Assembly: GCA_943787795.1 (NCBI GenBank)
Contig: CALSNU010000005.1
Coordinates: forward strand, 96,001-160,000
Length of the DNA: 64,000 nucleotides
Origin: an uncultured bacterium
GTDB lineage: Bacteria; Planctomycetota; UBA1135; GCA-002686595
Direction of reading: 5' to 3'
Shown piece after piece: positions 38,504 through 48,353 of this stretch. The position numbers and the translations under genes were made by a program. Numbering within the stretch: position 1 is the first letter of the stretch; every line of letters starts with the position of its first letter. Under the pieces are notes generated by a model, which was not told the DNA's origin, did not search any database, and saw only the letters and a program-made list of their open reading frames with translations.

Positions 38504-39636
38504 TCTTCGAGTTCTTCCCGTCCTTGATCGACGCCAACTCGATCTCCTTTCGGGCGGTCATGGCGGCGACGACGGCCATGGTCCTGACGCTGGTCCTGGG
38601 GTCCCCGACGATCGCCTGGCTGCGCCGGCATCGGGTGGGAGAGAACACGTCGAAGACGGACTCTGCCGAGCTGGCGCGGCTCGCGGATGAGTCGGGCAAG
38701 AACGCCACCACGACCATGGGGGGGAGCTTCCTGATCGTCTCCCTCGTGCTGAGCGTCCTGGTGTGGTGCGACCTCGGCAACCTCCAGGTCGTGCTGGGCC
38801 TCGTGCTCGTGGTCGGGCTCGCCGCCGTCGGCTTCGTGGACGACTACCTCAAGCTGGCCGTGGAGGGCTCGAAGGGCCTGTCCGTCAAGGCGAAGCTCGG
38901 CGGCCAGACGATCGCGATCCTCTTCGTCGTCGGAGCCTTCGCGTACTACGCCCACGACTCCGGGCGGTACTCGTTGCTCGCGATCTACCCGCCCTTCTTC
39001 AAGGACATGGTCCTCCCGCTGGGGGAGTCGCTGCTCGGCACGGTCGCCTTCATCGGCTTCGGCTGGTTCGTCATCACCGGAGCCTCCAACGCGACCAACA
39101 TCACCGACGGCATGGACGGCCTCCTGGCCGGCTGCGTGGTCCTCTCCGGGACCGCCTTGGCGGTGTTCTGCTACGTCACTGGCCGCCTGGACTGGACCCT
39201 CTACCTGGACCTGCCGTACATCCCCGAGGCCGCCGAGATGACCGTGGTCGGCGCGGCGCTCGTGGGATCCTGCCTCGGCTTCCTCTGGTTCAACGCCTAC
39301 CCAGCGGACGTGTTCATGGGGGACTCGGGGTCCCTCCCGATCGGCGGGCTCATGGCGTGGATGGCGGTGGTCGCGAAGCAGGAGGTGGTCCTCCCGTTGC
39401 TGGGCTTCGTGTTCCTCGCGGAGCTGGTCTCGAGCGGGCTGCAGCGCACGTGGTTCCGGCTCTCCGGCGGCAAGCGGCTGTTCACGATGGCGCCGATCCA
39501 CCACGGCCTCCAGACCAAGGGCGGCATCTTTCGGCCCGGGGCGCGCCCGTGGCACGAGGTGAAGATCGTGACCCGGGCCTGGATCATCGCCGCCATCTGC
39601 GCCATGGCCAGCCTCGCACTCATGAAGGTGCGCTGA
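38500..39636 (+). CDS. mraY: Phospho-MurNAc-pentapeptide transferase
   Basis: TMGG, GFVDDY, NATNITDGMDGL, FMGDSGS, MAPIHH. Confidence 0.96.
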   Translation: MIFEFFPSLIDANSISFRAVMAATTAMVLTLVLGSPTIAWLRRHRVGENTSKTDSAELARLADESGKNATTTMGGSFLIVSLVLSVLVWCDLGNLQVVLGLVLVVGLAAVGFVDDYLKLAVEGSKGLSVKAKLGGQTIAILFVVGAFAYYAHDSGRYSLLAIYPPFFKDMVLPLGESLLGTVAFIGFGWFVITGASNATNITDGMDGLLAGCVVLSGTALAVFCYVTGRLDWTLYLDLPYIPEAAEMTVVGAALVGSCLGFLWFNAYPADVFMGDSGSLPIGGLMAWMAVVAKQEVVLPLLGFVFLAELVSSGLQRTWFRLSGGKRLFTMAPIHHGLQTKGGIFRPGARPWHEVKIVTRAWIIAAICAMASLALMKVR

Positions 39637-40823
39637 TGTCCACGGTCGCTCGTCTTCGATCCCGGCGAGGAGGCTCGCCCTTCTCGCGCCTGGAGTCACT
39701 GGTCCCCGACGGGGAGGGGATCCATCCCGCGGGACCGCGGAACGCTCTGTTCTTCACGACGCTCGCCCTCCTGGCGTTCGGGATGCTCATCCAGCTCTCT
39801 CACGCGTCCACCACGCTGCCCGCCGCGGAGTTCTCCAGCGCCATGGGCGAGCAGCTGATGTTCCGCCTCGCGGGCGTCGGGCTTCTCCTCACGGGCATGT
39901 TCATCGGCCCGCGTGGCATCGAGCGGCTGATCCCTGCGGCGACCGTCCTCTGTACGCTGGCGCTGGTGCTCGTCTTCGTTCCAGGGTTCGAGCAGCCGAT
40001 CAACGGCGCCCACCGTTGGCTTCGAATCTTCGGCCACGGACCCTCTATCCAGCCCTCGGAGGTCGCTCGCGTGGTGTTCGTCCTGTGGGTTGCGCGGCGC
40101 TGCGCAATGCTCGACGGGGACCTACGGAGTCTGCGGCACGGGTTCATCCCGACGCTGTTCATGGGGCTCCTCGCCGGCGGACTGATCTTCCGTGAGCCGG
40201 ACCTGGGGGGCGCCCTCTTGTTCCTGTTGTGCTTCGGACTGACCCTGTTCGTAGGGGGCGCCCGCAAGCAGCACGTGGCCATCGTTGCGGCCGTGGGCGT
40301 CGGGCTGATGCTCGTGGCCCTGAGCACCTTCTCGCACGTCTCGGAGCGCTTCGCGGTCTGGACGGGCGGCTCGACCAACGCCCAGGTCACTCGGGCCAGC
40401 GAGGCCATGGCCTCGGGCGGCATCAGCGGCGTCGGGTTCGGCCAGGGCGGCTTCCGCAACGCGGGTCTCCAGTACACCCAGACCGACTACGCGCTCTCGC
40501 TCGTCGGGCAGGAGTTCGGCATCCCCGGGCTCCTGCTCGTGGTGGGGCTCTTCGCGGCCTTCGTCTGGTTCTCCCTGAAACTCGTCCTCTCGGTGCGTGA
40601 CCGCTTCGCGGCGCTCGCTGCCTTCGGGCTCACCCTGTCCGTGGCCCTCCAGGCCATGGTCCACCTTCAAGTGGTCACACAGCTCGCGCCGCCCAAGGGG
40701 ATGGCGCTCCCGTTCCTCTCGGACGGCGGAAGCTCCCTCCTCGCGTCCTGCCTCGCGGCAGGGCTCGCCCTGGGGGCCGCGCGTCCGCGCGATCTCGGCC
40801 CCACTCCTCGTACCGCACCCTGA
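39636..40823 (+). CDS. ftsW: SEDS-family peptidoglycan polymerase FtsW/RodA
   Basis: NGAHRWL, IQPSE, EPDLG, TDY...GQEFG, PPKGMALPFLSDGGSS. Confidence 0.9.
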   Translation: MSTVARLRSRRGGSPFSRLESLVPDGEGIHPAGPRNALFFTTLALLAFGMLIQLSHASTTLPAAEFSSAMGEQLMFRLAGVGLLLTGMFIGPRGIERLIPAATVLCTLALVLVFVPGFEQPINGAHRWLRIFGHGPSIQPSEVARVVFVLWVARRCAMLDGDLRSLRHGFIPTLFMGLLAGGLIFREPDLGGALLFLLCFGLTLFVGGARKQHVAIVAAVGVGLMLVALSTFSHVSERFAVWTGGSTNAQVTRASEAMASGGISGVGFGQGGFRNAGLQYTQTDYALSLVGQEFGIPGLLLVVGLFAAFVWFSLKLVLSVRDRFAALAAFGLTLSVALQAMVHLQVVTQLAPPKGMALPFLSDGGSSLLASCLAAGLALGAARPRDLGPTPRTAP

Positions 40824-40826
40824 CTC

Positions 40827-41939
40827 ATGCAGCCCATCGAACGATACGCCCTCGTCACCTTGCTCTTCCTGATCGTCCTCATCGTTGTGGGGGCCCTCTG
40901 GGATGACGGCGAGGTCGACGCGGCCGCGAGGCCCGACCAGCAGGTCGCCCGCGTGGAGCAAGCGGATCGCGGTTCGGCCCGCGGCGCGCGGGAGAGGGGG
41001 CGGAGCCAGGCCCTGCCGCTCAACATGCGGGAGCCGGCGGCGGAGGTGTCCCGTCAGCGAACCGCCACGCCGCAGCGCCAGGGGGCCGCCCCGGCGGGGA
41101 CCCCGAGCCGCCCCGTTCAGCCGATCAACACCACGGCGCGACCCGGCGGGTCTCAGCCCGCTCCGGCGTACATCGCGCCGTCGTCCGGCGCCTCGAGCCG
41201 TCCTGCGGCTCCCTCTGCCGAGGACCTCGACGGCTCCTTGCGCCCAGTACCCACCGGCGACGTCGCGCGGGGCCCGGCGAGTTGGGAGCGCGCGTCCAGG
41301 GCTCGGGAGAACCCGGTCCGTCCGAGCCGAACGGGGCGAGCGCAGGACTCGCGAGCACGGAGCGGGGCGGTCGAGGACACGACGCCCAAGACTCGTCCCT
41401 ACATCATCAAGGGTGGAGACAGCCTGGGGCGGATTGCCAAGCGAGAGCTTGGAGACGCTGGCGCTGTGGATCGGATCGCATCCTTGAATGGGATCGCCAA
41501 GCCTTACACGATCTACGCGGGGCGCACGCTCCTGCTGCCCGTCGGTGACGGCGGCGCCGCGACCCACTCCTCCGCACAGACCTCCCCCGCACAGACCTCC
41601 CCCGCACAGATCTCTCCCGCCCTGGACGCCCCCGCACGGGTGTCTCCCGCGGCGGGCGGTCGACCGATCTACACCGTTCGTGTGGGCGACTCCTCCCTGA
41701 GCGTCGTCCTCGAGCGTCGGTTCGGTACCTACAAGCGCTCCCTTCCCCTCGTGAAGACCTTGAACCCTGGCCTCAACCCCAACCAGATCCGGGTGGGGAT
41801 GCAGATCGTCCTGCCCCGGGCAGATGAGATCCCTGGGGGGGTGAGCGTCGCCTCGGCGTCCACTCCTTCGACCTCCAGGTCCTCCACCGGCGCCGCGAGC
41901 GCCGCCGTCACGCCCCGCAGGGAGTTCACCGTTCGATGA
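40827..41939 (+). CDS. Membrane-anchored double-LysM peptidoglycan-binding protein
   Basis: N-terminal TM; YIIKGGDSLGRIA...IYAGRTLLLP and YTVRVGDSSL...IRVGMQIVLP LysM repeats. Confidence 0.88.
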   Translation: MQPIERYALVTLLFLIVLIVVGALWDDGEVDAAARPDQQVARVEQADRGSARGARERGRSQALPLNMREPAAEVSRQRTATPQRQGAAPAGTPSRPVQPINTTARPGGSQPAPAYIAPSSGASSRPAAPSAEDLDGSLRPVPTGDVARGPASWERASRARENPVRPSRTGRAQDSRARSGAVEDTTPKTRPYIIKGGDSLGRIAKRELGDAGAVDRIASLNGIAKPYTIYAGRTLLLPVGDGGAATHSSAQTSPAQTSPAQISPALDAPARVSPAAGGRPIYTVRVGDSSLSVVLERRFGTYKRSLPLVKTLNPGLNPNQIRVGMQIVLPRADEIPGGVSVASASTPSTSRSSTGAASAAVTPRREFTVR

Positions 41940-42175
41940 CTCGACGCTTTCGAATGGGCCTGTTCTTGTGCCTGGCCGCGGCCACCGGGCTGCACCTGCG
42001 CCCCTGCCTCTGGACGATCAAGGGGGGCTGCGAGCCCGAACCCTCGGCGCCCCATGCGGCCCCCGCGCCGGAGATGACGGTCGCCCAGGTACGCGGCCGA
42101 CGCCCCTCGCTCGGAGACCTCTCCGCCGGCCCCGCCCTCGTGGGGATCCAGGCCGCCGTGGCCGAAACTCGCTGA
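41936..42175 (+). CDS. Small hypothetical protein in the dcw cluster
   Basis: ATGA overlap with the LysM gene, ends 12 nt before murG; N-terminal hydrophobic stretch. Confidence 0.4.
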   Translation: MTRRFRMGLFLCLAAATGLHLRPCLWTIKGGCEPEPSAPHAAPAPEMTVAQVRGRRPSLGDLSAGPALVGIQAAVAETR

Positions 42176-42187
42176 CTCGACCTGCCC

Positions 42188-43480
42188 ATGGCTGAAGAGA
42201 CTCCCCTCTCGGGATATGAGATCCCTCGCAGTGACGCTCCGCAAGGTGACCACGCTCGTGTTGGCGTTGAGGGGCCTGCGGATCCGGATGCCGGATCTCC
42301 TGGGGCCGCGCTTCCTGTGGCGAGCCAGGGCGGCGGTCTTCGCCTCGCGATCGCCGGCGGTGGAACCGGCGGGCACGTGGTCCCCGGGCTCCACCTGCTC
42401 GACTCTCTCCAGGAGGTGATCGGCCGCGCTGGCGGCCCGGCGCCTCACCTCGACGATCTGCTCTGGTTTCACAGCGGACGCCGTGCCGAGGAGCGCTGTC
42501 TCAAGGAGCTTGACCGACAGGTGGGGAGCATGGGCGTCGACCTGGAGCGGGTCATCCTCCCCCTCGAGCCCGATGGGGGCGGGGCGCCCAGCCTCGTGCG
42601 CCTCAGTCAGCGAATGGTCCCCTCCTTCTTCAACGCGAGGAAGGCCATGCGGGAGCACCGCTCCCAGGTGTTCCTCGGGCTGGGCGGCTACACCACGGCG
42701 CCCGCAGCGCTCGCGGCCCGAGCCCTGGGAATCCCCGTCGTCTTGCTGGAGATCAACGCCACGGCGGGCAAGGCCACGCGGACCCTCGGCCCGTTCAGTC
42801 AGCGTGTCCTCCATGCGTGGCGTGAGACCTTGCCGCCTGATCGCGAAGGTGAGAAGCACCAGCTCGTCGGCCCGCCGGTGGCGCGCCGCTTCGCCCCTCC
42901 CGCGGATCCGGACGGAGCTCGACGCGGGGCGAAGGACGACCTGGGCTTCGACCCGGATCGCCCGCTGTTGCTCGTCCTGGGGGGGAGCCAGGGGGCCAAG
43001 GGGCTCAACGCGTTCGTCAGGAACCACGTGAGCTACCTGCTCGGCTCCGGAGTCCAGGTCTTGCATCAGGTCGGCCCAGGCCGACGTGCCGAGGGCGCAG
43101 ACAGCCTCGATGGCTACGAGGCCATCGAGTTCATGGACGACGTCTACACCGCGCTCGTCGCGGCCGACGGGGTCTTGTGTCGAGGCGGAGCGTCGACTCT
43201 CGCCGAGATCGGAGCCATGGAGACGCCGGCATGGGTGGTGCCTTACCCTCATCACGGCGACCAGCATCAGGTCCGCAACGCGCGGCAGCTCAGCGGCGGG
43301 GTGCGCATTATCGAGGAACAGGACCTCGACCACGCCCGGTGTGAGGAGCTCGTGCGGTTCCTCGGGGCGCCCGGGGCTGAGGAACGCGAGCGCATGCGGC
43401 ATCACCTCAGGGAGGCGGTGCCGGCCGACGCCGCTCAGCGCGTGTGGACCGAGCTGGAAGAGCTGGCGCTCGTGCGCTGA
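42188..43480 (+). CDS. murG: MurG GlcNAc transferase
   Basis: GGGTGGH, GGSQGA, RGGAST, HQVRNA. Confidence 0.93.
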   Translation: MAEETPLSGYEIPRSDAPQGDHARVGVEGPADPDAGSPGAALPVASQGGGLRLAIAGGGTGGHVVPGLHLLDSLQEVIGRAGGPAPHLDDLLWFHSGRRAEERCLKELDRQVGSMGVDLERVILPLEPDGGGAPSLVRLSQRMVPSFFNARKAMREHRSQVFLGLGGYTTAPAALAARALGIPVVLLEINATAGKATRTLGPFSQRVLHAWRETLPPDREGEKHQLVGPPVARRFAPPADPDGARRGAKDDLGFDPDRPLLLVLGGSQGAKGLNAFVRNHVSYLLGSGVQVLHQVGPGRRAEGADSLDGYEAIEFMDDVYTALVAADGVLCRGGASTLAEIGAMETPAWVVPYPHHGDQHQVRNARQLSGGVRIIEEQDLDHARCEELVRFLGAPGAEERERMRHHLREAVPADAAQRVWTELEELALVR

Positions 43481-43532
43481 GGAGGCTCCTCAGCGGTTGT
43501 CGGGCCTGGGCTGCGGGTGGCCCCTTGGCTGC

Positions 43533-43596
43533 GCTGTCCCTCGATGGCGCTGTCCCTCGACGGCGTTGCCCCTCGGCGGCGTTGCCCCTCGGCTGG
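43533..43596. repeat. 16-bp tandem repeat x4 (GYTGYCCCTCGRYGGC-like)
   Basis: Read directly after murG. Confidence 0.75.
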
Positions 43597-43741
43597 GATG
43601 GCCCGCCGGCTAGGGCGCCCTATTGGGGAGGATCACTCGCCCTCGCCGCGGCGCTCGATCCTCAAGGCGGGCGCTCTGGCGAGGAGCGGCAGGGCGCTCG
43701 CCCCACCGACCTCGGAGGCCGCCACGGCCGGGGGGCCTTGC

Positions 43742-43847
43742 GGCAGGGGGGCTCAACCCGGCAGGGGGGGCTCAACCCGGCAGGGGGGGCTCAACCCGGC
43801 AGGGGGGCTCAACCAGGCAGAGGACTCAAGCCAGCAGGGGGACTCGA
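43742..43847. repeat. 18/19-bp tandem repeat GGCAG6-7CTCAACCC x4 plus two degenerate copies
   Basis: G-run lengths are 6, 7, 7, 6. Confidence 0.85.
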
Positions 43848-43988
43848 CGGGCTGCGACACGCGAGCTGCGACTCCCGGGCGTCACGCGGAATCGACGGCG
43901 GGCGCCGGATCCCGTTGCGATCCGGCGCCCGCCGTGGCTTGAACCTGGCCGGCTCTTGCGCTCGGCCAGAGAGAGGGGAGCGCTCCGC

Positions 43989-44756
43989 TCAGAAGGAGAA
44001 CTGCACGCCCATGTAGTAGCCGCTCAGGTCGAGGTCGGTGTCGATCAGGGCGTCGTTATCGGAGTACTCCGCGTCGATCTTCATGGTCTTGTAGCCGATC
44101 ACCAGGTCCCCGACTCCAAAGAGATCCACCGAGGCAGAGATCCCGATGTCGAAGATCGAGGCTTCGGACTCGTCGTACTCGACGACGAGGCCCCCGGCGT
44201 CGGCGCGCAGGTCCACAAGGCCCCACGTCCAAGCCGCCCGGGCGGCGAGCAGGGGCACAGGGATCAGCTCTTCTGACTCGATGGTGGTCCCGGCGCCGCC
44301 GATCTCCTGGAGCCGCAGGTCCAGATCGAGCAGGGTCGCGCCGAAGCCGAGCCCCAGGTCGAGGCCGTCGAGGGGGATGATGTCCCAGGTGAACAGCGCG
44401 CGAGCCGTGTTGAGTCGGACGTCCGACGCGACGTCGGTGCCTGCGCTGATGATCGAGCCCTGGTACTCGAAGTCGCCTGTGGCGGTGCCCGTCCCCGCGA
44501 ACTCGACGCCGTACCCGGAGATGGACAGCTCGGCCCCGCCGAAGTTGAGCCTCACGAGGCCTCCCACCACGGCCTCGTTGTCATCGAGGCCGAGGTCGTT
44601 GAAGTTGGAGGCCACCGACGTCCCGGCGCCGTCGCCGACGGCCAGGTCACCGTCGATGCCGACGGAGGCGATGAACGGGGTGACCGAGGCGCTGGGGGCG
44701 CCGCAGCCGGCGAGGGCGATGGGCGCCGCGAGGGCGATGAGGTGAAGGTGGCGCAT
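43989..44756 (-). CDS. Outer-membrane beta-barrel protein
   Basis: Signal with LAGC; alternating amphipathic strands; C-terminal YYMGVQFSF beta-signal. Confidence 0.75.
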   Translation of the reverse strand: MRHLHLIALAAPIALAGCGAPSASVTPFIASVGIDGDLAVGDGAGTSVASNFNDLGLDDNEAVVGGLVRLNFGGAELSISGYGVEFAGTGTATGDFEYQGSIISAGTDVASDVRLNTARALFTWDIIPLDGLDLGLGFGATLLDLDLRLQEIGGAGTTIESEELIPVPLLAARAAWTWGLVDLRADAGGLVVEYDESEASIFDIGISASVDLFGVGDLVIGYKTMKIDAEYSDNDALIDTDLDLSGYYMGVQFSF

Positions 44757-44764
44757 GGGCAGTC

Positions 44765-44820
44765 GGGGTGGGGACTGGGCAGCCGGGGTGGGGACTGGGC
44801 AGCTGGGGTGGGGACTGGGC
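44765..44820. repeat. 20-bp G-rich tandem repeat x3 (GGGGTGGGGACTGGGCAGCY)
   Basis: Lies immediately upstream of the OMP start codon. Confidence 0.88.
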
Positions 44821-44960
44821 GAACCTGACAAAGGTCCCTTCGTCAGGGGGCGGTCATTCCTTGAGGGAGGTTCACCCAGGTGCATAGAGGCCGGGAGCGA
44901 GGGCCGCTCTTGGGGCCCCTGGAGGGGCTAGAGGGGCTCCTTTGGGGGGGCACTGTCGAG

Positions 44961-45260
44961 CTAGTGGTCGTCCGATGCCGGCGTCCCCGAGGGGGGAGCA
45001 TCAGCGGAAGGAGCCTCCGAGGAGGAGTCTCCCGCCTGGGCTCGCCAGGCGGCGACGACCTCGGACGCGAACTCCAGGTCTTCAGCCTTCACGACGACCT
45101 CGGTGGGGCCGAGCATGCGCTGGGCTGCGCCGAATTCGTCCATCAGTTCTGAGCCCGCGGCCCGGGCGGCCACGCCCTCGGATTCGAGCAGGCCGACGAG
45201 GAGCTGGGCTTCAATGTACGAGGAGGCGGTGTGGACGACCCGCAGACTCAATGAACTCAT
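44961..45260 (-). CDS. DUF2007-like small protein
   Basis: EAQLLVGLLESEGV...EVVVKAEDLEFA pattern. Confidence 0.7.
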   Translation of the reverse strand: MSSLSLRVVHTASSYIEAQLLVGLLESEGVAARAAGSELMDEFGAAQRMLGPTEVVVKAEDLEFASEVVAAWRAQAGDSSSEAPSADAPPSGTPASDDH

Positions 45261-45326
45261 GGCTCAAGTCTCCGGTTCCCGGCTCGACGCTTCAAGCGGG
45301 TGCCCCCGTTTGGTTGGATAGCGGTC

Positions 45327-46766
45327 GTGTCCAATCGAACCAGCGAGAGCACCTCCGCGCGCGCCGCATCGGCGCGGCCCCGACTTCCCCGGAAGATCCA
45401 CATGCTCGGCGCCGGCGGCGCGGGTCTCTCCGGGGCGGCGCGCCTCCTCGCGGAAGCCGGGCATGACGTCTCAGGACATGATCGAGAGGCTTCACCGTTC
45501 ACGGCGAGCCTCGCGGCGCTGGGTGTTGACGTGAAGCTCGGGGCGAGCGAGGCGGCTCACATGCCCGCCGAGGTCGAGCTCGTCGCCCGATCGGCGGCGG
45601 TCTCCGACGAGGACCCGCAGGTCCGTGCTGCCCGTGAGCGCGGGGTCGAGGTCATCAAATATGCGGAGCTCCTGGGCCGGCTCAGCCCCCCGGACAAGAC
45701 GCTCGCGATCGCCGGGACGCACGGCAAGACGACCACCACATGGATGATCTACGAGGCGCTCGAGGCGGCGGGAGGTCCCGCGCCGGGGACCCTCGTCGGG
45801 GGCCTTCACCAGGCCCGCGGGGTGAACTCCATCTCGCCGGACCCCACCGGCTGGTTCGCCGTCGAGGCCTGTGAGTACGACCGCTCCTTCCTCCAGCTGC
45901 AGCCCTTCGGCGCGATCGTGACCAACTTCGAGGAGGATCACCTCGACTGTTACGGGAGCCTCGAGGAGCTGGAGCGCGGCTTTTGCCGCTTCGTGGATCG
46001 GGTCTCCGCCGAGGGCCTCGTGGTGCTCGGCACGGACGTCCCCGAGGCCATCGCCGAGGCGGCGCGCGGCCGCGTCTGGCGCCTCGGCAAGGAGATCCAG
46101 CTCGACCTCCTCGGGCAGGATCGCGGTTACTTCCGCTTCCAGGTGCGCGGTCCTGGCTGGACGACCCCTGAGGTCCAGCTCTCGATCCCCGGCCGCTTCA
46201 ACGTCGAGGACGCCGCGCTCGCGATCGCGCTCGCCGTGGGCTGCACCGGGGTGAGCCCGGCGGCAGCGGCGCGCGGAGTCGCGGAGTTCCCGGGCGCGGC
46301 TCGTCGATTTGAACGGTGGGGGGTGTCGGGGGGAATCCCCGTCGTTCACGACTACGCCCACCACCCCACGGAGGTCCGTGTGACCATCGAGGCGGCCCGG
46401 CGCGCGTTCCCCGGCAGGGACCTCGAGGTCTTGTTCCAACCCCACCAGGCGAGCCGGACGGCCCGGCACATGGAGGGCTTCGTGGAGGCCCTGCGGGGGA
46501 CCGGGCGGGTCGTGGTCACCGAGGTCTACGGAGCCCGCAAGCACATCGACCGTATCGAAGGTGCCGACGCCGTGACGCTCGCGTCCAAGTTGCGCAGGGC
46601 CGGAGTGGATGCCGTCGCGGGCAGTTCGTTGCTGGACTCCTGCGGCCGGTTCGTTGATGGCATGAAGCCCAACGCCTGCGCCCTCGTCATGGGGGCGGGG
46701 GACATCGATACGCTCAAGCTGGATCTCCTCGATGCAATGGCCCTGCGCTACCCTTCCGGGAGCTGA
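45327..46766 (+). CDS. murC: UDP-MurNAc--L-alanine ligase
   Basis: GAGGAGLSG, AGTHGKTTTT, EACEYDRSF, DYAHHPTE, FQPH, MGAGD; start uncertain. Confidence 0.95.
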   Translation: MSNRTSESTSARAASARPRLPRKIHMLGAGGAGLSGAARLLAEAGHDVSGHDREASPFTASLAALGVDVKLGASEAAHMPAEVELVARSAAVSDEDPQVRAARERGVEVIKYAELLGRLSPPDKTLAIAGTHGKTTTTWMIYEALEAAGGPAPGTLVGGLHQARGVNSISPDPTGWFAVEACEYDRSFLQLQPFGAIVTNFEEDHLDCYGSLEELERGFCRFVDRVSAEGLVVLGTDVPEAIAEAARGRVWRLGKEIQLDLLGQDRGYFRFQVRGPGWTTPEVQLSIPGRFNVEDAALAIALAVGCTGVSPAAAARGVAEFPGAARRFERWGVSGGIPVVHDYAHHPTEVRVTIEAARRAFPGRDLEVLFQPHQASRTARHMEGFVEALRGTGRVVVTEVYGARKHIDRIEGADAVTLASKLRRAGVDAVAGSSLLDSCGRFVDGMKPNACALVMGAGDIDTLKLDLLDAMALRYPSGS

Positions 46767-47724
46767 TCTCAGGGAGCGTACGACGCTCCGTGTCGGCGGG
46801 CCGGTGGCCTGGCTCCTCGAGCCTGCAGACCCCGAGCAGTTTCGCGAGGCCATCGTGGCCGCTCGCGAGCGAGGGATCCCCATGCGCATCCTCGGAGGAG
46901 GGGCCAACGTGGTGATCGATGACTCGGGGCTCGAGGGCGTCGTCATCTCGACCGAGCGCCTCAACAGGATCTTTCGCCCGGGGGACCCGAGCGTCGAGGA
47001 GACCCTCGATACACAGCTCCCCTCGGCTCGGGTCGCTCCCGCGAACCCGGCGGATGACCCGCGGCTCGTGGTCTGGAGCGGCGCGCCCCTGCCCAAGCTG
47101 TGCCGGGCCGCGCGGGACCTCGGCTACTCGGGCCTGGAGAAGATGGCGGGCGTCCCCGGGCACGTGGGCGGCGGGATCGCCATGAACGCCGGCGGCAAGG
47201 ACCCGGACGGGACCCTCTGGCAGATGAGCGACGTGGTGGAGCGGATCCGCCTCGTCAACGCGGCGGGGGAGATGGAGGACATCACACGGGACGAGTGGAC
47301 GCCCGAGTACCGGGACGGCCGGCTCGGTGACTCCATCGTGGCAGGGGCGGTGCTGCGCTTCGAGCCCCGCTCGAAGGCCGAGGTCGCCGAGGCCTCCAGG
47401 GAGTACCTGCGTCGCAAGAACGCGGTGCAGCCGGTCACTGAGCGCAGCGCTGGCTGCGTGTTCAAGAACCCCGACCCTGAGCGTTCCGGCGGCAAGACCG
47501 CCGGGCAGCTCGTGGACGAGGCCGGCGGCAAGGGCCGCCGCCGGGGAGAGGCGACGATCTCCGAGCGGCACGGGAACTTCCTCATCAACCGCGGTGCCGC
47601 GACGGCGGCGGACGTGTTCGGGCTGATCGAGGAGGTCCAGGACCTGGTCGCGCAGCGCGCGGGCGTGGAGCTCGAGTGCGAGGTCAAGCTCTGGCGCGAC
47701 GACGAGGGGCGCGCGGGGTCCTAG
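46732..47724 (+). CDS. murB: UDP-N-acetylenolpyruvoylglucosamine reductase
   Basis: TLRVGG, GGGAN, PGHVGG...MNAG, SAGCVFKNP, HGNF, LECEVK. Confidence 0.95.
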   Translation: MQWPCATLPGADLRERTTLRVGGPVAWLLEPADPEQFREAIVAARERGIPMRILGGGANVVIDDSGLEGVVISTERLNRIFRPGDPSVEETLDTQLPSARVAPANPADDPRLVVWSGAPLPKLCRAARDLGYSGLEKMAGVPGHVGGGIAMNAGGKDPDGTLWQMSDVVERIRLVNAAGEMEDITRDEWTPEYRDGRLGDSIVAGAVLRFEPRSKAEVAEASREYLRRKNAVQPVTERSAGCVFKNPDPERSGGKTAGQLVDEAGGKGRRRGEATISERHGNFLINRGAATAADVFGLIEEVQDLVAQRAGVELECEVKLWRDDEGRAGS

Positions 47725-48353
47725 CCGCGGTCCCGGAACCTCGCGCGGATCGACTCGACGATCGCGGGAGGCGCCTTCCTCAACGAGCCGCAGTCGAAGG
47801 GCGGGGCGGGGTCGTACTCGATGCTCAGCTGCAGGGTCATGGCGAGCTCGTCCCCGGCGGTCCGTGCCGCGAAGTCGAGGGCCATGTCGATACCGGCGGA
47901 GACGCCGGCTGCGGTGATGTACTTCCCGCTCGTCACGGCGCGCCGCTCAGTGGGGATCGCACCGTACTCGGCGAGGCGCTCCAGTGAGACCCAGTGGGTC
48001 GTGGCCTCACGCCCCTCGAGGAGCCCTGCGGCGGCGAGGACCATGGCCCCCGTACAGACAGACATGGTCGTCGAGGTCGTCCGGTCGATCCGACGCACCC
48101 ACTCCAGGAGCCCCTCGTCGCTCTCCAGGCGTCGGGTCCCAAAGCCGCCGGGCATGAGCAGCACGTCTGCGCGCTCGATCTCATCACGGCCGGCGTCGCA
48201 GACCATGGCGAGGGCGCCGTTGTCCGTCCTCGCGGTCCCGCGCTCCGGGCCGACGAAGCGTACGTTGGCCCCTGGGAGGCGCGTCAGGATCTCATAGGGG
48301 CCGACGGCGTCGAGGGCCGTGATCCCGTCAAACAGGTAGATGACGATGTCCAT
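47721..48353 (-). CDS. DJ-1/PfpI-family protein (InhA-like)
   Basis: MDIVIYLFDGITALDAVGP, PGG, SVCTGA, ATTHW, AGVSAGID, IEYDPAPPFDCG; this is the real 3' part of the long 895-aa ORF. Confidence 0.9.
   Translation of the reverse strand: MDIVIYLFDGITALDAVGPYEILTRLPGANVRFVGPERGTARTDNGALAMVCDAGRDEIERADVLLMPGGFGTRRLESDEGLLEWVRRIDRTTSTTMSVCTGAMVLAAAGLLEGREATTHWVSLERLAEYGAIPTERRAVTSGKYITAAGVSAGIDMALDFAARTAGDELAMTLQLSIEYDPAPPFDCGSLRKAPPAIVESIRARFRDRG

Noticed and set aside
42173..42190. TGA of the 79-aa ORF is in frame with murG, suggesting read-through
   Set aside because: No SECIS-like hairpin seen, murG is complete on its own, and in-frame spacing occurs by chance one time in three.
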